Positions 38,826-49,247 of a stretch of DNA of 64,000 bases are shown here, one piece after another. This DNA is from Candidatus Omnitrophota bacterium. GTDB taxonomy: Bacteria; Omnitrophota; Omnitrophia; Omnitrophales; Aquincolibacteriaceae. The translations under genes were made by a program, and so were the position numbers. Position 1 is the first letter of the stretch, and every line of letters begins with the position of its first letter. The notes under the pieces are model-generated. The model worked only from the letters and a program-made list of their open reading frames with translations, made no database searches and was not told the DNA's origin. The stretch spans positions 39,020-103,019 of the forward strand of contig CAIOAT010000012.1 in the NCBI GenBank assembly GCA_903856085.1, in the 5' to 3' direction.

Positions 38826-39839
38826 ATGAAGGAAAAGCAAGTTTCTGCAACAACGTTGCTTCCGCGTTTCGAAGAACATCTCAGGGACAAGCGCTTTTTC
38901 AAAACGCGTCAAAAGATCCTCATTGCCTGTTCGGGCGGGCCGGATTCTGTCGCGCTTTTTCATCTCCTGCAATCGCTTGCTGCGAATCACGGTTGGAAAT
39001 TAGGTCTTGCTCATTTCAATCATCAACTCCGGCCCGGTGATGCAAAAAAAGATGAGCGGTTCGTCAAAGATCTGGCCCGGAAATTCAAGGTCCCATTCTA
39101 TAGCGGGACGGGGAACGTAAAGCGCGAGGCCAAAAGAACGAAGACCTCGATCGAGGAATGCGCTCGGCAAATGCGCTACGATTTTTTTCTCAGGACTACG
39201 CAAATAGAAAAATTCCAGGCGGGCGTGTTGGCCCATACGAAGGACGATCAAGCCGAGACCGTACTCATGCGAGTTCTTCAGGGGACAGGTCTGCGGGGTC
39301 TGCAGGGGATCCGCGAAAAGTTCAGAATGGGTCGTACGACTTGGGTCCGACCGCTTCTCGTTTTCACCAAAAAAGAACTGCTAGGTTATCTTGCTAAAGA
39401 GCGTGTTCCGTTCCGTTCGGATAAGACGAACGATTCTTTAAGATTCGTTCGTAATCGTATCCGTCTGGAACTCATCCCCGGGCTTCAGCGCGATTTTAAC
39501 CCGCGAGTCGTGGAGGCTCTTTCTCGCATTCCTTCGATCGTGGCCGGGGAGAGCGCTCTTATCGCCGAGCTTGAAGAAAAGGCCTGGGAGAAAACGTTCA
39601 AAAGGAGATGCGGTAAAGAAATAGAACTCCGCCGCTCGGTTCTTCTTAAATTCCCTCCGGCGCTTCAATTCCGCATTTTAGAAAAAGCTCTCAAGAAGCT
39701 GGACAAACAAAGCGGGCTTTCGTTTGAGGCCTGGGAGCGGATCCGTCAAGGGCTTGTACGGTCCCGCTACCGATCATCGCTTCCGAAGGATATCGATTTC
39801 GCGCTAACTCCCAAAAAGGCAATCCTTTACAAGAAGTAA
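38826..39839 (+). CDS. tilS: tRNA(Ile)-lysidine synthetase
   Basis: ACSGGPDS, HFNHQLR, ARQMRY, AHTKDDQAET, RPLL, RNRIR. Confidence 0.93.
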   Translation: MKEKQVSATTLLPRFEEHLRDKRFFKTRQKILIACSGGPDSVALFHLLQSLAANHGWKLGLAHFNHQLRPGDAKKDERFVKDLARKFKVPFYSGTGNVKREAKRTKTSIEECARQMRYDFFLRTTQIEKFQAGVLAHTKDDQAETVLMRVLQGTGLRGLQGIREKFRMGRTTWVRPLLVFTKKELLGYLAKERVPFRSDKTNDSLRFVRNRIRLELIPGLQRDFNPRVVEALSRIPSIVAGESALIAELEEKAWEKTFKRRCGKEIELRRSVLLKFPPALQFRILEKALKKLDKQSGLSFEAWERIRQGLVRSRYRSSLPKDIDFALTPKKAILYKK

Positions 39840-39933
39840 GACTTCCTTTAATCCGATTTGATATCTTCAAACTCCCATGCTAGACTACGGCTCCTTTTCT
39901 CCTGAAAAACCAAGAGAGATTTGAGAACAAAAT

Positions 39934-41883
39934 ATGCCGAATCCTGTCAATAAGGTGAAGAAAAATATGCCGCGTCCAAAGAACGGCCGCAAGCCACCGC
40001 CCAAGCCGGGAGAACCGGATCGTCGGCGGTTAATGGCGCTTTTTCTTATACCTCTCGGGATCTTTCTTATTCTTCAGGTCTTCGTGTTCCCGAATTTTGA
40101 GCTTAAAGAGCTTAGTTACTCCGAATTCTTCCGGATGCTTACGCGCAATCCAGAGACCGGAGAGATCCTCTCCTGTGAATTGGTGGACAACGTGGTGCAG
40201 GGTAAGCTGACCACGCTTTCTTATTTCCAGGTCCACATTCCCTACAATGATCCCGATATCATCCCGTTGATCCGTAAGAACGTCGCGAATTTCTCCGTCA
40301 GCCCGCCGCAAACTTTTTGGCGTAATTTCTTTGCGGGGATCTTTCCGACGCTGCTCTTGATCGGATTTTTCTGGTTCTTCGTTTATCGCGGCGTCCAGCA
40401 GGGTGGAGGCAAGGTTTTTTCATTCGGGAAATCCCGCGCCAAGCTCGTGGACAAGGAGAAAAGTCCGATCACGTTCAAGGATGTTGCCGGCGTGGATGAG
40501 GCTAAAGACGAGTTGCAGGAGATCATAGAATTCTTGAAGGACCCGCCGCGCTTTCAAAAACTTGGCGGCAAGATCCCCAAGGGCGTCCTTTTGATGGGGC
40601 CTCCGGGAACGGGAAAGACACTTCTCGCGAAAGCGGTGGCCGGTGAGGCCGAAGTGCCTTTTTATTCCATCAGTGGTTCAGATTTCGTGGAGATGTTCGT
40701 TGGAGTTGGCGCCGCACGTGTGCGGGACCTTTTTGAACAAGCCAAGCGCTCGGCTAAAGCGGGTGGCAAAGGCGCGATCATTTTTATTGATGAGATCGAT
40801 GCGGTGGGCCGTCAGCGTTTCGCCGGGATCGGCGGCGGGCATGATGAACGCGAACAAACCTTGAACGCGCTTCTGGTGGAAATGGATGGTTTTGATACGC
40901 ATATCGGTGTGATCCTGATCGCTTCGACGAATCGTCCGGACGTATTGGATCCCGCGCTTCTGAGGCCGGGTCGTTTCGACCGTCAAGTGGTGATCGAGCG
41001 GCCGGATATCAAGGGCCGTGAAGAGATCCTCAAGGTCCACGCCAACGGCGTAAAACTCGGACCGAATGTGGATCTTGCGAAGATCGCGCGCCAGACGCCC
41101 GGTTTTTCAGGTGCGGACCTTGCGAATCTTGTGAACGAAGGCGCTCTTTTGGGAGCGCGCCGGAAATTGGATTTTGTCGGACAACCCGAATTGGAACAAT
41201 CGATCGAACGTGTGATGGTCGGACCTGAGCGCAAAAGCCGTGTCATTTCCAAACGTGAAAAGAAGATCAAAGCGGTCCATGAATCCGGACACACGCTGAT
41301 CGCCCTGCTTCTTCCCGGAGCGGATCCTGTGCATAAAGTTTCCATCATTCCTCGCGGTTATGGTATCGGCGGCTACACCCTTCAAGTTCCCGATGAAGAC
41401 CGCAATCTGATCACCCAAACCGAGATCCTCGACCGGATCACGGTGCTTCTCGGAGGCCGGGTGGCGGAAGAGATTTATTTTAAAGAGATCAGCTCCGGTG
41501 CTTCGGATGATCTTGAGAAAGCGACGCATTACGCGCAGACCATGGTGTGTGAGTTGGGCATGAGCGATAAGCTCGGGCATCTGACATTCGGTAAAAGAGA
41601 TAGGCAGATCTTTCTGGGCCGCGACCTGATGCGCGAAAAGGATTATTCCGAGCAAACCGCAGTCTTAATCGATGGCGAAGTTCGCAGGATCGTTGATGGC
41701 TGTTATGAAAGGGCCACCGGCCTTCTCACGCAGAACCAGGACAAGCTTTCGCTCCTGACGGATGTGCTGCTCGAAAAAGAAGTGATCGATGCTGAGGAGA
41801 TCAAAAAGATCACCGGGCTCCAAGGGGCTACATTGCCCGAGAATGGGAGTGGAACTCCGGAAATAGGAAAACCCGTCGCTTGA
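39934..41883 (+). CDS. ftsH: ATP-dependent zinc metalloprotease FtsH
   Basis: Two TM segments, [36 protein letters not shown]. Confidence 0.97.
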   Translation: MPNPVNKVKKNMPRPKNGRKPPPKPGEPDRRRLMALFLIPLGIFLILQVFVFPNFELKELSYSEFFRMLTRNPETGEILSCELVDNVVQGKLTTLSYFQVHIPYNDPDIIPLIRKNVANFSVSPPQTFWRNFFAGIFPTLLLIGFFWFFVYRGVQQGGGKVFSFGKSRAKLVDKEKSPITFKDVAGVDEAKDELQEIIEFLKDPPRFQKLGGKIPKGVLLMGPPGTGKTLLAKAVAGEAEVPFYSISGSDFVEMFVGVGAARVRDLFEQAKRSAKAGGKGAIIFIDEIDAVGRQRFAGIGGGHDEREQTLNALLVEMDGFDTHIGVILIASTNRPDVLDPALLRPGRFDRQVVIERPDIKGREEILKVHANGVKLGPNVDLAKIARQTPGFSGADLANLVNEGALLGARRKLDFVGQPELEQSIERVMVGPERKSRVISKREKKIKAVHESGHTLIALLLPGADPVHKVSIIPRGYGIGGYTLQVPDEDRNLITQTEILDRITVLLGGRVAEEIYFKEISSGASDDLEKATHYAQTMVCELGMSDKLGHLTFGKRDRQIFLGRDLMREKDYSEQTAVLIDGEVRRIVDGCYERATGLLTQNQDKLSLLTDVLLEKEVIDAEEIKKITGLQGATLPENGSGTPEIGKPVA

Positions 41884-42704
41884 TCTGGAAGATCCGGCAA
41901 AACACCGTTTCTTTTGGCCGGACTCTTTTGATGGGGATCTTGAATATCACGCCGGATTCGTTTTTTGATGGCGGCCGTTATTTCGATCCGGAAGCTGCGG
42001 GCGCGCGAGCTCTGACGCTGGTCGAAGAAGGCGCGGACATCTTAGATTTGGGCGCTCAATCCACACGGCCGGGCGCGCTGCCGGTCACAGAACGGGAAGA
42101 ACTGGAACGGTTGCTGCCCGTCCTCAAGTGCGTCCGCAAGGCAGTCTTGGTTCCCATCTCGATCGATACAGTCAGCCCGGAAGTTGCGAAGAAATGTCTC
42201 GAGGCCGGAGCCGATATCATCAACGATGTGAGCGGGCTGAAGCGATCCGGTCCTGACATGGCGAAAGCCGTCAAGGAGTTTGGCGCGGGGATCGTGCTGA
42301 TGCACAGCCGCGGGACTCCGGAAACGATGCAGACCTTGACCGAATATGCAGAAGTGGTGCCGAATGTGATGACGGAGCTTCGCGAAAGTATCCGGCTCGC
42401 TACGGACGCAGGGATCGAGCCTGAACGGATCGTGGTTGATCCGGGGCTTGGTTTTGCGAAGACCGCGGAACAAAATCTTGAAATCTTGAAAAAAATAAAC
42501 CTATTCCACGAACTTGGTTTTCCCGTGCTTGCCGGTCCTTCCCAAAAATCTTTTATCGGTCAGGTGATAGGTCGCGAGACAAAAGACCGGACGTTCGGGA
42601 CGGCCGCTTGCGTTGCAGCATGTGTCCGGGAGGGCGTTCAGATTCTTCGGGTGCACGAAGTCGGCGCGATGCGGGATGTCGTTCGCATGACAGAAGCCCT
42701 TTAA
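41880..42704 (+). CDS. folP: Dihydropteroate synthase
   Basis: MGILNITPDSF, STRPG, INDVSG, DPGLGFAK, ILRVHEV. Confidence 0.95.
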   Translation: MIWKIRQNTVSFGRTLLMGILNITPDSFFDGGRYFDPEAAGARALTLVEEGADILDLGAQSTRPGALPVTEREELERLLPVLKCVRKAVLVPISIDTVSPEVAKKCLEAGADIINDVSGLKRSGPDMAKAVKEFGAGIVLMHSRGTPETMQTLTEYAEVVPNVMTELRESIRLATDAGIEPERIVVDPGLGFAKTAEQNLEILKKINLFHELGFPVLAGPSQKSFIGQVIGRETKDRTFGTAACVAACVREGVQILRVHEVGAMRDVVRMTEAL

Positions 42705-42784
42705 GGAAAGTGGACGTTCTGGATTTTAGGGAAAAAATTATCAATTTTGTTTCTAAATGAGAAGCTTGAGAGAGGGTTTGAATC

Positions 42785-45184
42785 ATGGCTCAACAGCAGG
42801 GAATCCTTCCCAGTTATGTTGATGTTCTTGTCACAAATCTGAAAACCGATGCTTCATGGATCGTCCGAAAATCAGCCGCAACGGCTCTTGGGCAATTAGG
42901 GGATCCTCGTGTTGTGGAGTCTCTGATTGAGGCCATGGGGGATATGGATCAGGCCGTGCAGAATGAGGCGGCCAAAGCCATCGCCAGCATGGAATCTTAT
43001 GCTGCCGGTCCGCTGGTGAATGCGCTTAAGAACAGTAATGAACAGATCCAGCGGAGGGCATCCCGTCTTCTTGCGAACATTAAAAATCTCCCCGTGGAAA
43101 TCCTTGCGCCTATTCTCAATGAAAAGAATAATTTGATCCGTGGGTTGGCCATCGAGCTTTTCGGAATTCGCAGGGAGAAACAAAGCGTTCCGTTGCTTAT
43201 GGATTGCTTGAACGATGTCAATCCGGAGATCCGAAGAAAAGCTATCAAATCGTTGGAAATGATCGGGGATGAAGAGGCCGGACCCGCGATCGAGCGTTTC
43301 ATAAAAGATTCCGAAGAAAGCGTGAGAATGGCGGCGGTCGATCTGGCAGAAAGATTATTGTTGAATGATTCTGCGAATGCGGTTGCGGGTGCAATGAACG
43401 ACAGTAATGCGGGGATCCGCAGAAAAGCGGCCATGATCCTCGGGATTTTAGGGAATCCAGTGGCTCTGGAAGCCCTGATGGGAGCGCTGGGCGATAATGA
43501 CGCGTTGGTCCGGGCTAAGGCAGCCGAGGCCTTGGGGCGGTTGGGGAAAAACGAGGCGTTGAGCGCCTTGACCAAGGCTGCGAATGATCCTGATCTCGAG
43601 ACCCAGAAAAAGGTCACAGAAGCTATTTATATTCTTCAGGCCAACAAGACCAAGCCGGAATTGATGGAGGATCTCGGGAATGCCAATGCGAGCATTCGCC
43701 GCCTGGCGGCAATGAAGTTGAGCCATATGGACGGAACTGAGGAAATCGCCGTCTTGATCAAGGCTCTTCAGGATTCAGACGACTACGTTCGCAATTGCGC
43801 GGTGGATGGGCTCATCAAGCGTGATGCGGAGGAAAGTTACTTAGCGCTTGTCCAGGCTCTTGGGGATATGAATAGTCAGATTCGTATCAAGGTGACTCAG
43901 TATTGTCAAGATCTCGGGAGTAAGGTGGCAGTGTTTTTGCGGGACCTATTGGCTACCGGCAATGCGGAAGCCCGCACCCGAGCTATTTCACTTTTAGGGA
44001 AACTCAAGGATGCCCGAGCCGTTGATGCTTTGATCAAACGGCTTCATGATCCGGATCTTCTTGTTCGTTCAGAAGCCGCTCTGGCCATGGGGAGCATGGG
44101 GAATATTGCGATCGATCCTCTGACGCCTCTTTTGGGGGATTCGAACCCGATGATCCAAATGGTTGTCATTGAGGCCTTCGGAAAGATCGGGAGCAACAAG
44201 ATCGTGCAGCCCATGCTTCAGGCGGTCCAGGGAGGCGGGGAAATGATCCAGGCCAAAGCGATATCCGTCCTCGCGACCATGGGGGATTCGGTGCTGAAGG
44301 CTTTGATCGATAGTTTAAAAGAGCAGAATCCTTCCGCCGTGCGAAAGATGGCCGCGGAAGTTCTTGGCAGGATCGGGGATAAAAAAGCTGTCCCGCCGTT
44401 GCTGGAGGCATTGAGCGATGGCGATACTGAGGTGCGGAAAAAGGTCGTGGAGGCTCTTAACGAGTTCTCGGACCCGCGCATCACGAAAAAAATGATCGAG
44501 CTGATCAAAAATGAAGAACCTTCCATCAAACTTCGAGCGGCCTGGTGCCTGGCTCAGCAGATGGATCCCTTGGCGGTGGATGCGCTCGTGGATCTTTTGA
44601 AAAGTGACAATGTTTCGGTCCGGGAAGAAGCGATGTGGGTGTTGAGTCGTATGCGGGATCTTCCCATTGTCGCGATCCGTAAGTGTGTGAAAGACGCTAA
44701 CCCTCAGGTTCGTGTACTCGCGGTGCGGTTGCTGGGCTTTCTTGGCGGGAGGGCGAGCTCGGATTCGTTGATCGATGCCTTAAAGGATTCCGATGATAAG
44801 GTCCGGGAAATGGCTGTTCGCAGTATCGCTCAAACAGGCGATAAGACGGCGATAGAAACATTGAGTTCGGTCATGAAGGATTCCAATGAAAAGATCCGCG
44901 CATTGGCGTCGGAAGCTCTGGGCGTGGTGGCCAGTAGTGAGGTGGTCGCCCCAGGTCGTAAATGCCCGCGATGCGGCAGGCCCCTTCGGGAAATGAAAAA
45001 ATACAAGGGGGATACGTTCAATCCCGGGCTTTATTGGGGATGTATGATAGGGGGAGTGTTTCTGACCCCGGTTTTTATTGGGGTGTTTCTCATGCTCTAT
45101 GCTTGGAAGATGAGGACGGAGCGCAAGCGCTTTTTGATGTGTGTTTATTGTCAGGAAATGGTTTCTCTGAAGTGGCACGACTAA
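42785..45184 (+). CDS. HEAT/PBS-lyase repeat protein with C-terminal CxxC-hydrophobic-CxxC (LITAF-like) module
   Basis: About 22 repeats of VR..AA.ALG..GD; ends CPRC...hydrophobic stretch...CVYC. Confidence 0.88.
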   Translation: MAQQQGILPSYVDVLVTNLKTDASWIVRKSAATALGQLGDPRVVESLIEAMGDMDQAVQNEAAKAIASMESYAAGPLVNALKNSNEQIQRRASRLLANIKNLPVEILAPILNEKNNLIRGLAIELFGIRREKQSVPLLMDCLNDVNPEIRRKAIKSLEMIGDEEAGPAIERFIKDSEESVRMAAVDLAERLLLNDSANAVAGAMNDSNAGIRRKAAMILGILGNPVALEALMGALGDNDALVRAKAAEALGRLGKNEALSALTKAANDPDLETQKKVTEAIYILQANKTKPELMEDLGNANASIRRLAAMKLSHMDGTEEIAVLIKALQDSDDYVRNCAVDGLIKRDAEESYLALVQALGDMNSQIRIKVTQYCQDLGSKVAVFLRDLLATGNAEARTRAISLLGKLKDARAVDALIKRLHDPDLLVRSEAALAMGSMGNIAIDPLTPLLGDSNPMIQMVVIEAFGKIGSNKIVQPMLQAVQGGGEMIQAKAISVLATMGDSVLKALIDSLKEQNPSAVRKMAAEVLGRIGDKKAVPPLLEALSDGDTEVRKKVVEALNEFSDPRITKKMIELIKNEEPSIKLRAAWCLAQQMDPLAVDALVDLLKSDNVSVREEAMWVLSRMRDLPIVAIRKCVKDANPQVRVLAVRLLGFLGGRASSDSLIDALKDSDDKVREMAVRSIAQTGDKTAIETLSSVMKDSNEKIRALASEALGVVASSEVVAPGRKCPRCGRPLREMKKYKGDTFNPGLYWGCMIGGVFLTPVFIGVFLMLYAWKMRTERKRFLMCVYCQEMVSLKWHD

Positions 45185-45337
45185 GGATGTAACACCCAGT
45201 TGTTGTGGACACCTTCACGGAAGGCGTTTGCCGCAGGGGAGTTGACAATGACTTGGGTGCGAGCAAGTAGGATGAAATTTGAAATACCAACAGAGGAAAG
45301 ATTTCTAAAATTCGGTTAAGAATCCAGCGGAGGAGTC

Positions 45338-46087
45338 ATGTCAGGACATTCAAAGTGGGCGAGTATCAAGCATAAGAAAGCGATCGTGGACGCCAAACGC
45401 GGCCAGGTTTTTACGAAATTTATCCGTGAGATCACGGTGGCGGCGAAAACGGGCGGCGGGGACTTGAACACCAATCCGCGCCTTCGCACCGCTATTCAGT
45501 CCGCCAAAGATTCCAACATGCCCGCCGACAATATTGATCGTGCGATCAAAAAAGGTACGGGCGAGCTCGAAGGCGTGACCTACGAGGAAATTGCCTATGA
45601 AGGATTTGGTCCTGATGGCGCGGCGGTCCTGGTAGCGTGTCTGACGGATAACAAGAACCGGACCGCCTCCGAGATCCGGAGCATTTTTAATAAAGGGAAT
45701 GGCAATATGGGCGGCGCCGGGACTGTGGCGTGGATGTTCGAAAAAAAAGGGTTTGTCGTTGTTTCTAAGGCCGCAACGACCGAAGATCAGCTGATGGAGA
45801 TCGTGCTCGGTGCCGGCGCTGAGGATATGACTTCGACCGATCAGGTGTTCGAAGTGACGACCGCGCCGCACGACCTTTGGGCGGTTCGCGAGGCCGTGGA
45901 AAAGGCCAAGATCAAGATTGAAAGCGCAAATCTCACCATGATCCCAAAAAATCTTGTGAGTGTGTCCGCGGACACCGGCCGCAAGGTGGTGCACTTGATT
46001 GAAGCTCTTGAAGAGCACGACGACGTCCAGAACGTTTATTCGAATGCGGATATTCCCGAAGAAGTTATTAAGGAGATGTCGGCGTAA
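45338..46087 (+). CDS. yebC: YebC/PmpR family protein
   Basis: MSGHSKWASIKHKK, NPRLR, TDNKNRT, DDVQNVYSN. Confidence 0.95.
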   Translation: MSGHSKWASIKHKKAIVDAKRGQVFTKFIREITVAAKTGGGDLNTNPRLRTAIQSAKDSNMPADNIDRAIKKGTGELEGVTYEEIAYEGFGPDGAAVLVACLTDNKNRTASEIRSIFNKGNGNMGGAGTVAWMFEKKGFVVVSKAATTEDQLMEIVLGAGAEDMTSTDQVFEVTTAPHDLWAVREAVEKAKIKIESANLTMIPKNLVSVSADTGRKVVHLIEALEEHDDVQNVYSNADIPEEVIKEMSA

Positions 46088-46150
46088 TTCACACCCTTTT
46101 AAAACCCGGTTTTTCACGATTTGAACTTGGTTTTGATCTTGGAGGCTGGT

Positions 46151-46627
46151 ATGCGAGTCCTTGGTATTGATCCCGGCACGCATCGGACCGGATTTGGGGT
46201 TCTCGAATCGGACGGCCGGAGCTATAAACTCGTGATCTGTGGGACCATCCGCGCGGCAGCCAAAGACCCCATCGCCAAACGCCTCCTTCATATTTTTGAA
46301 TCTCTCCAAAAGAACATTCAAAGTTATAAGCCCGATGTGGTAGTGCTTGAGACTCTCTTTTTCGCCAAGGATATCCGGGCCGTCGAACGGATCGGGGCGG
46401 CACGCGCCTGTGCCATGCTCGCGGCTTCTAAACAGGGCCTTGAAGTGATAGAATACGCTCCGACCGCGGTGAAAAAGTCTGTGACCGGTAACGGTCGCGC
46501 TTCCAAGGATCAGGTTCAATTCATGGTGAAGCGACTTTTAAATTTGAAAGAGGCGCCTGCACTCGATGCCTCAGACGCCTTGGCGATCGCGATGTGTTAT
46601 TTGCATTCTTCTAAACGAAAAACGTAA
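46151..46627 (+). CDS. ruvC: Holliday junction resolvase RuvC
   Basis: LGIDPG, VKKSVTGNGRASK, DASDALAIA. Confidence 0.95.
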   Translation: MRVLGIDPGTHRTGFGVLESDGRSYKLVICGTIRAAAKDPIAKRLLHIFESLQKNIQSYKPDVVVLETLFFAKDIRAVERIGAARACAMLAASKQGLEVIEYAPTAVKKSVTGNGRASKDQVQFMVKRLLNLKEAPALDASDALAIAMCYLHSSKRKT

Positions 46628-46656
46628 TGAACCATTTGTTCAACAAGGAGGCACCC

Positions 46657-47514
46657 ATGTTTCTTCGGTTTCTTTTCGCGTGTTGCTTTGCCATCTCGAT
46701 GGTTTTCTGCAGTACGACGGCTTTCGCGGGGCAAGTCCAGCTTACAACCTACTATCCCTCACCGTATGGTGAGTATCAGCAGTTAAAGGCGACGGGTGTT
46801 GATACCAACAATGGCACCACTGCGTTGCAGGCGGCAGGGAGTTCAGGAACGGGATTGATTGTGACGAACGCGAACAATGTCGGCATCGGGACGACGGCGC
46901 CGAATGCAAAACTTAGTTTCGGAACGTCTGTTCAGGATAATGATATCTATCTGTACGATGGAACAAGTGACAAGTATGGATTCGGCGTAAGATCTAGCCA
47001 GTTCATGATCTATAGCGGTGCAGGCGGGGCTTCCACGGGCGGTGTCACTTTAGGAAAATTTGATGGGACAACATTTACAGAAGCCATGAGAATACGAAAT
47101 GATGGCAACGTCGGCATCGGGACGACGGCCCCGGCTTATAAATTAGCAGTAGCGGGAACGATCTGGGCGAATGGGACGGTCATCACTGCGGGAATTGCGA
47201 CATGGTCGGATGTCAGGCTAAAAGAAAACGTAGAATCCATCGGTAACGGTCTTGACAGGATTGAAAAATTGAACGGGGTTTTTTATGACTGGAAACAGAA
47301 TGAATTTACAAAGAATTTCCCTAAAGGGAGGCAAATAGGTTTGATCGCTCAGGACGTCGAAAAGGTCGTGCCGGAATTAGTAACCGAGGGTGAAGACGGT
47401 TATAAAAAGGTTTCTTACGAAAGGTTAACAGCCGTACTCGTAGAAGCTGTAAAAGAACAGCAACAACAGATCGATTTGTTGAAAAAAGAAATCGCGGAAC
47501 TGAAAAAGCGGTAA
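46657..47514 (+). CDS. Exported fibre-like protein with NVGIGTT repeats and C-terminal peptidase S74 intramolecular chaperone domain
   Basis: Signal peptide; TTYYPSPYGEY; two NVGIGTTAP; SDVRLKEN, GLIAQDVE..PELV, coiled-coil tail. Confidence 0.85.
   Translation: MFLRFLFACCFAISMVFCSTTAFAGQVQLTTYYPSPYGEYQQLKATGVDTNNGTTALQAAGSSGTGLIVTNANNVGIGTTAPNAKLSFGTSVQDNDIYLYDGTSDKYGFGVRSSQFMIYSGAGGASTGGVTLGKFDGTTFTEAMRIRNDGNVGIGTTAPAYKLAVAGTIWANGTVITAGIATWSDVRLKENVESIGNGLDRIEKLNGVFYDWKQNEFTKNFPKGRQIGLIAQDVEKVVPELVTEGEDGYKKVSYERLTAVLVEAVKEQQQQIDLLKKEIAELKKR
46875..47133 (+). repeat. Intragenic direct repeat pair (20 nt identical, 26/28 extended)
   Basis: GTCGGCATCGGGACGACGGC at 46879-46898 and 47110-47129. 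Confidence 0.85.
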
Positions 47515-47546
47515 GCTGATCTGCGGAAGAAATGTAATAGTTTCCA

Positions 47547-47585
47547 AGAAAGGGACAGGTATTGATTGACAGACTGTCCCCTTCT
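47547..47585. repeat. REP-like inverted repeat
   Basis: AGAAAGGGACAG-15 nt-CTGTCCCCTTCT; half-site AAAGGGACAG recurs at about 63959-63968. Confidence 0.5.
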
Positions 47586-47606
47586 TGAAACAAAGGAACA
47601 GTTCAA

Positions 47607-48209
47607 ATGTACCATTACTTGACAGGAAAGATCGCGGAGAAGACGCCGGTGGCGGTGATCCTGGATGTGAACGGGATCGGCTACGAGGTGCGCGTTTCTC
47701 TCTCCACGTTTTCAAGCCTTCCCGCGCTTGGGCAAACCGTGAAACTTTTCACGCATTTCGTTGTGCGTGAAGATGCCCAGTTACTTTACGGCTTTGCGAC
47801 GGAGGAAGAACGCGAGGCGTTCAAGCTTCTTATTTCTATTTCCGGGATCGGCCCCAAGCTTGCGATCACGCTTTTATCCGGTGTCACACTTCCGGAATTG
47901 AAACATGCGATTCAGGAGAAAAACATTCCGGTGCTAACGGCGATTTCCGGGATCGGTCAGAAGACCGCCGAACGCGTGATCATTGAACTCAAGGACAAGA
48001 TCGGCAAGGCGGAGGTTTCGGCCGGCAAAGAACTCATCCATGACGCGAGCGTTTCAGACCAGATGGTCGAGGATTCGGTTTCGGCGCTTGTGTCGCTTGG
48101 TTATACCAAACAAAAAGCCAAGGAAGCCATTCAGAAAACACTGAAGGCGATGCTTGGTAAAAAACCGTCGGTGGAAGAAATCATCCGCGCGGCGCTGAAA
48201 CATGTTTGA
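47607..48209 (+). CDS. ruvA: Holliday junction branch migration protein RuvA
   Basis: VNGIGYEV, VREDAQLLYGF, GIGPKLA, GIGQKTAERV, ALVSLGY. Confidence 0.96.
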   Translation: MYHYLTGKIAEKTPVAVILDVNGIGYEVRVSLSTFSSLPALGQTVKLFTHFVVREDAQLLYGFATEEEREAFKLLISISGIGPKLAITLLSGVTLPELKHAIQEKNIPVLTAISGIGQKTAERVIIELKDKIGKAEVSAGKELIHDASVSDQMVEDSVSALVSLGYTKQKAKEAIQKTLKAMLGKKPSVEEIIRAALKHV

Positions 48210-48227
48210 ACGGACTAGAGACTAAAG

Positions 48228-49247
48228 ATGGCAGACGACAGAATGTTGGATCAGGAATTCAAGCCGGAAGAGATCGAGATCGAGGTGACGCTCCGTCCGG
48301 CCACGCTCGATGAATTTATCGGGCAGACGCAGGTCAAGGAGAATCTCAAAGTCTTCGTCGAGGCGGCGCTCGGCCGTAAAGAATCGCTGGACCACATTCT
48401 TCTTTTTGGGCCTCCGGGTCTCGGCAAAACCACGCTTGCCAATATCATCGCAAACCGCATGAAAGCCAAGATCCATCAGGTGTCCGGGCCGATCCTCGAA
48501 CGGGCAGGGGATTTGGCCGGCATTCTCACCAACCTTGAAAAGGGAGATGTTCTTTTCATTGACGAGATCCACCGCATTCCGCACGTGGTGGAAGAATATC
48601 TTTATTCGGCAATGGAGGATTTTTCGATCGAGATCATGATCGACAAGGGGCCGCATGCCCGTTCTGTGAAAATGCAGATCCCGCGTTTCACCTTGATCGG
48701 TGCCACCACAAGGAGCGGTCTTCTCACCGCGCCGTTGCGTTCACGATTCGGGATCATTGAACGGTTGAATTATTATGAAATTGAAGACCTGGCCACGATC
48801 GTAGAGCGCTCGGCGAAAATATTGGAGATCGCGATCGATGAAAAGGGCGCCCTCGAGATCGCGGGTCGCGCACGCGGCACACCCCGTATCGCCAACCGCC
48901 TTCTGCGCCGTGTACGTGATTACGCGCAGGTGAAAGCCGATGGGAAGATCACGGTCGATGTTGCCGACAAAGGTCTCAAGATGCTTGGCGTGGATCAGGA
49001 AGGCCTGGATCCGATGGATAAAAGGATCCTGCAATATATTCTCAAGGAATGTAAAGGCGGGCCGGTGGGCGTCAACAGCCTTGCCGTTGGCGTGGGAGAA
49101 GATGCCGAGACCCTGGAAGAAATTTACGAACCCTATCTTATTCAACGCGGATTTCTCAAGCGCACCGCCTCTGGTCGCGTTCTAACCGAGCGCGCGTACA
49201 TTCATTTCGGCGCCAAACCTCCGGCTTCCGCACAACAACTTTTTTAA
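48228..49247 (+). CDS. ruvB: Holliday junction helicase RuvB
   Basis: [43 protein letters not shown]. Confidence 0.97.
   Translation: MADDRMLDQEFKPEEIEIEVTLRPATLDEFIGQTQVKENLKVFVEAALGRKESLDHILLFGPPGLGKTTLANIIANRMKAKIHQVSGPILERAGDLAGILTNLEKGDVLFIDEIHRIPHVVEEYLYSAMEDFSIEIMIDKGPHARSVKMQIPRFTLIGATTRSGLLTAPLRSRFGIIERLNYYEIEDLATIVERSAKILEIAIDEKGALEIAGRARGTPRIANRLLRRVRDYAQVKADGKITVDVADKGLKMLGVDQEGLDPMDKRILQYILKECKGGPVGVNSLAVGVGEDAETLEEIYEPYLIQRGFLKRTASGRVLTERAYIHFGAKPPASAQQLF

Noticed and set aside
45350-46519. 389-aa minus-strand ORF and other long antisense ORFs (e.g. 21105-22112, 10130-10942)
   Set aside because: They are shadow frames of well-supported yebC/ruvC, metX and pilT genes, with no recognisable motifs
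46657-47514. Prophage (tail-fibre-like gene)
   Set aside because: Single gene with a signal peptide; no other phage genes nearby
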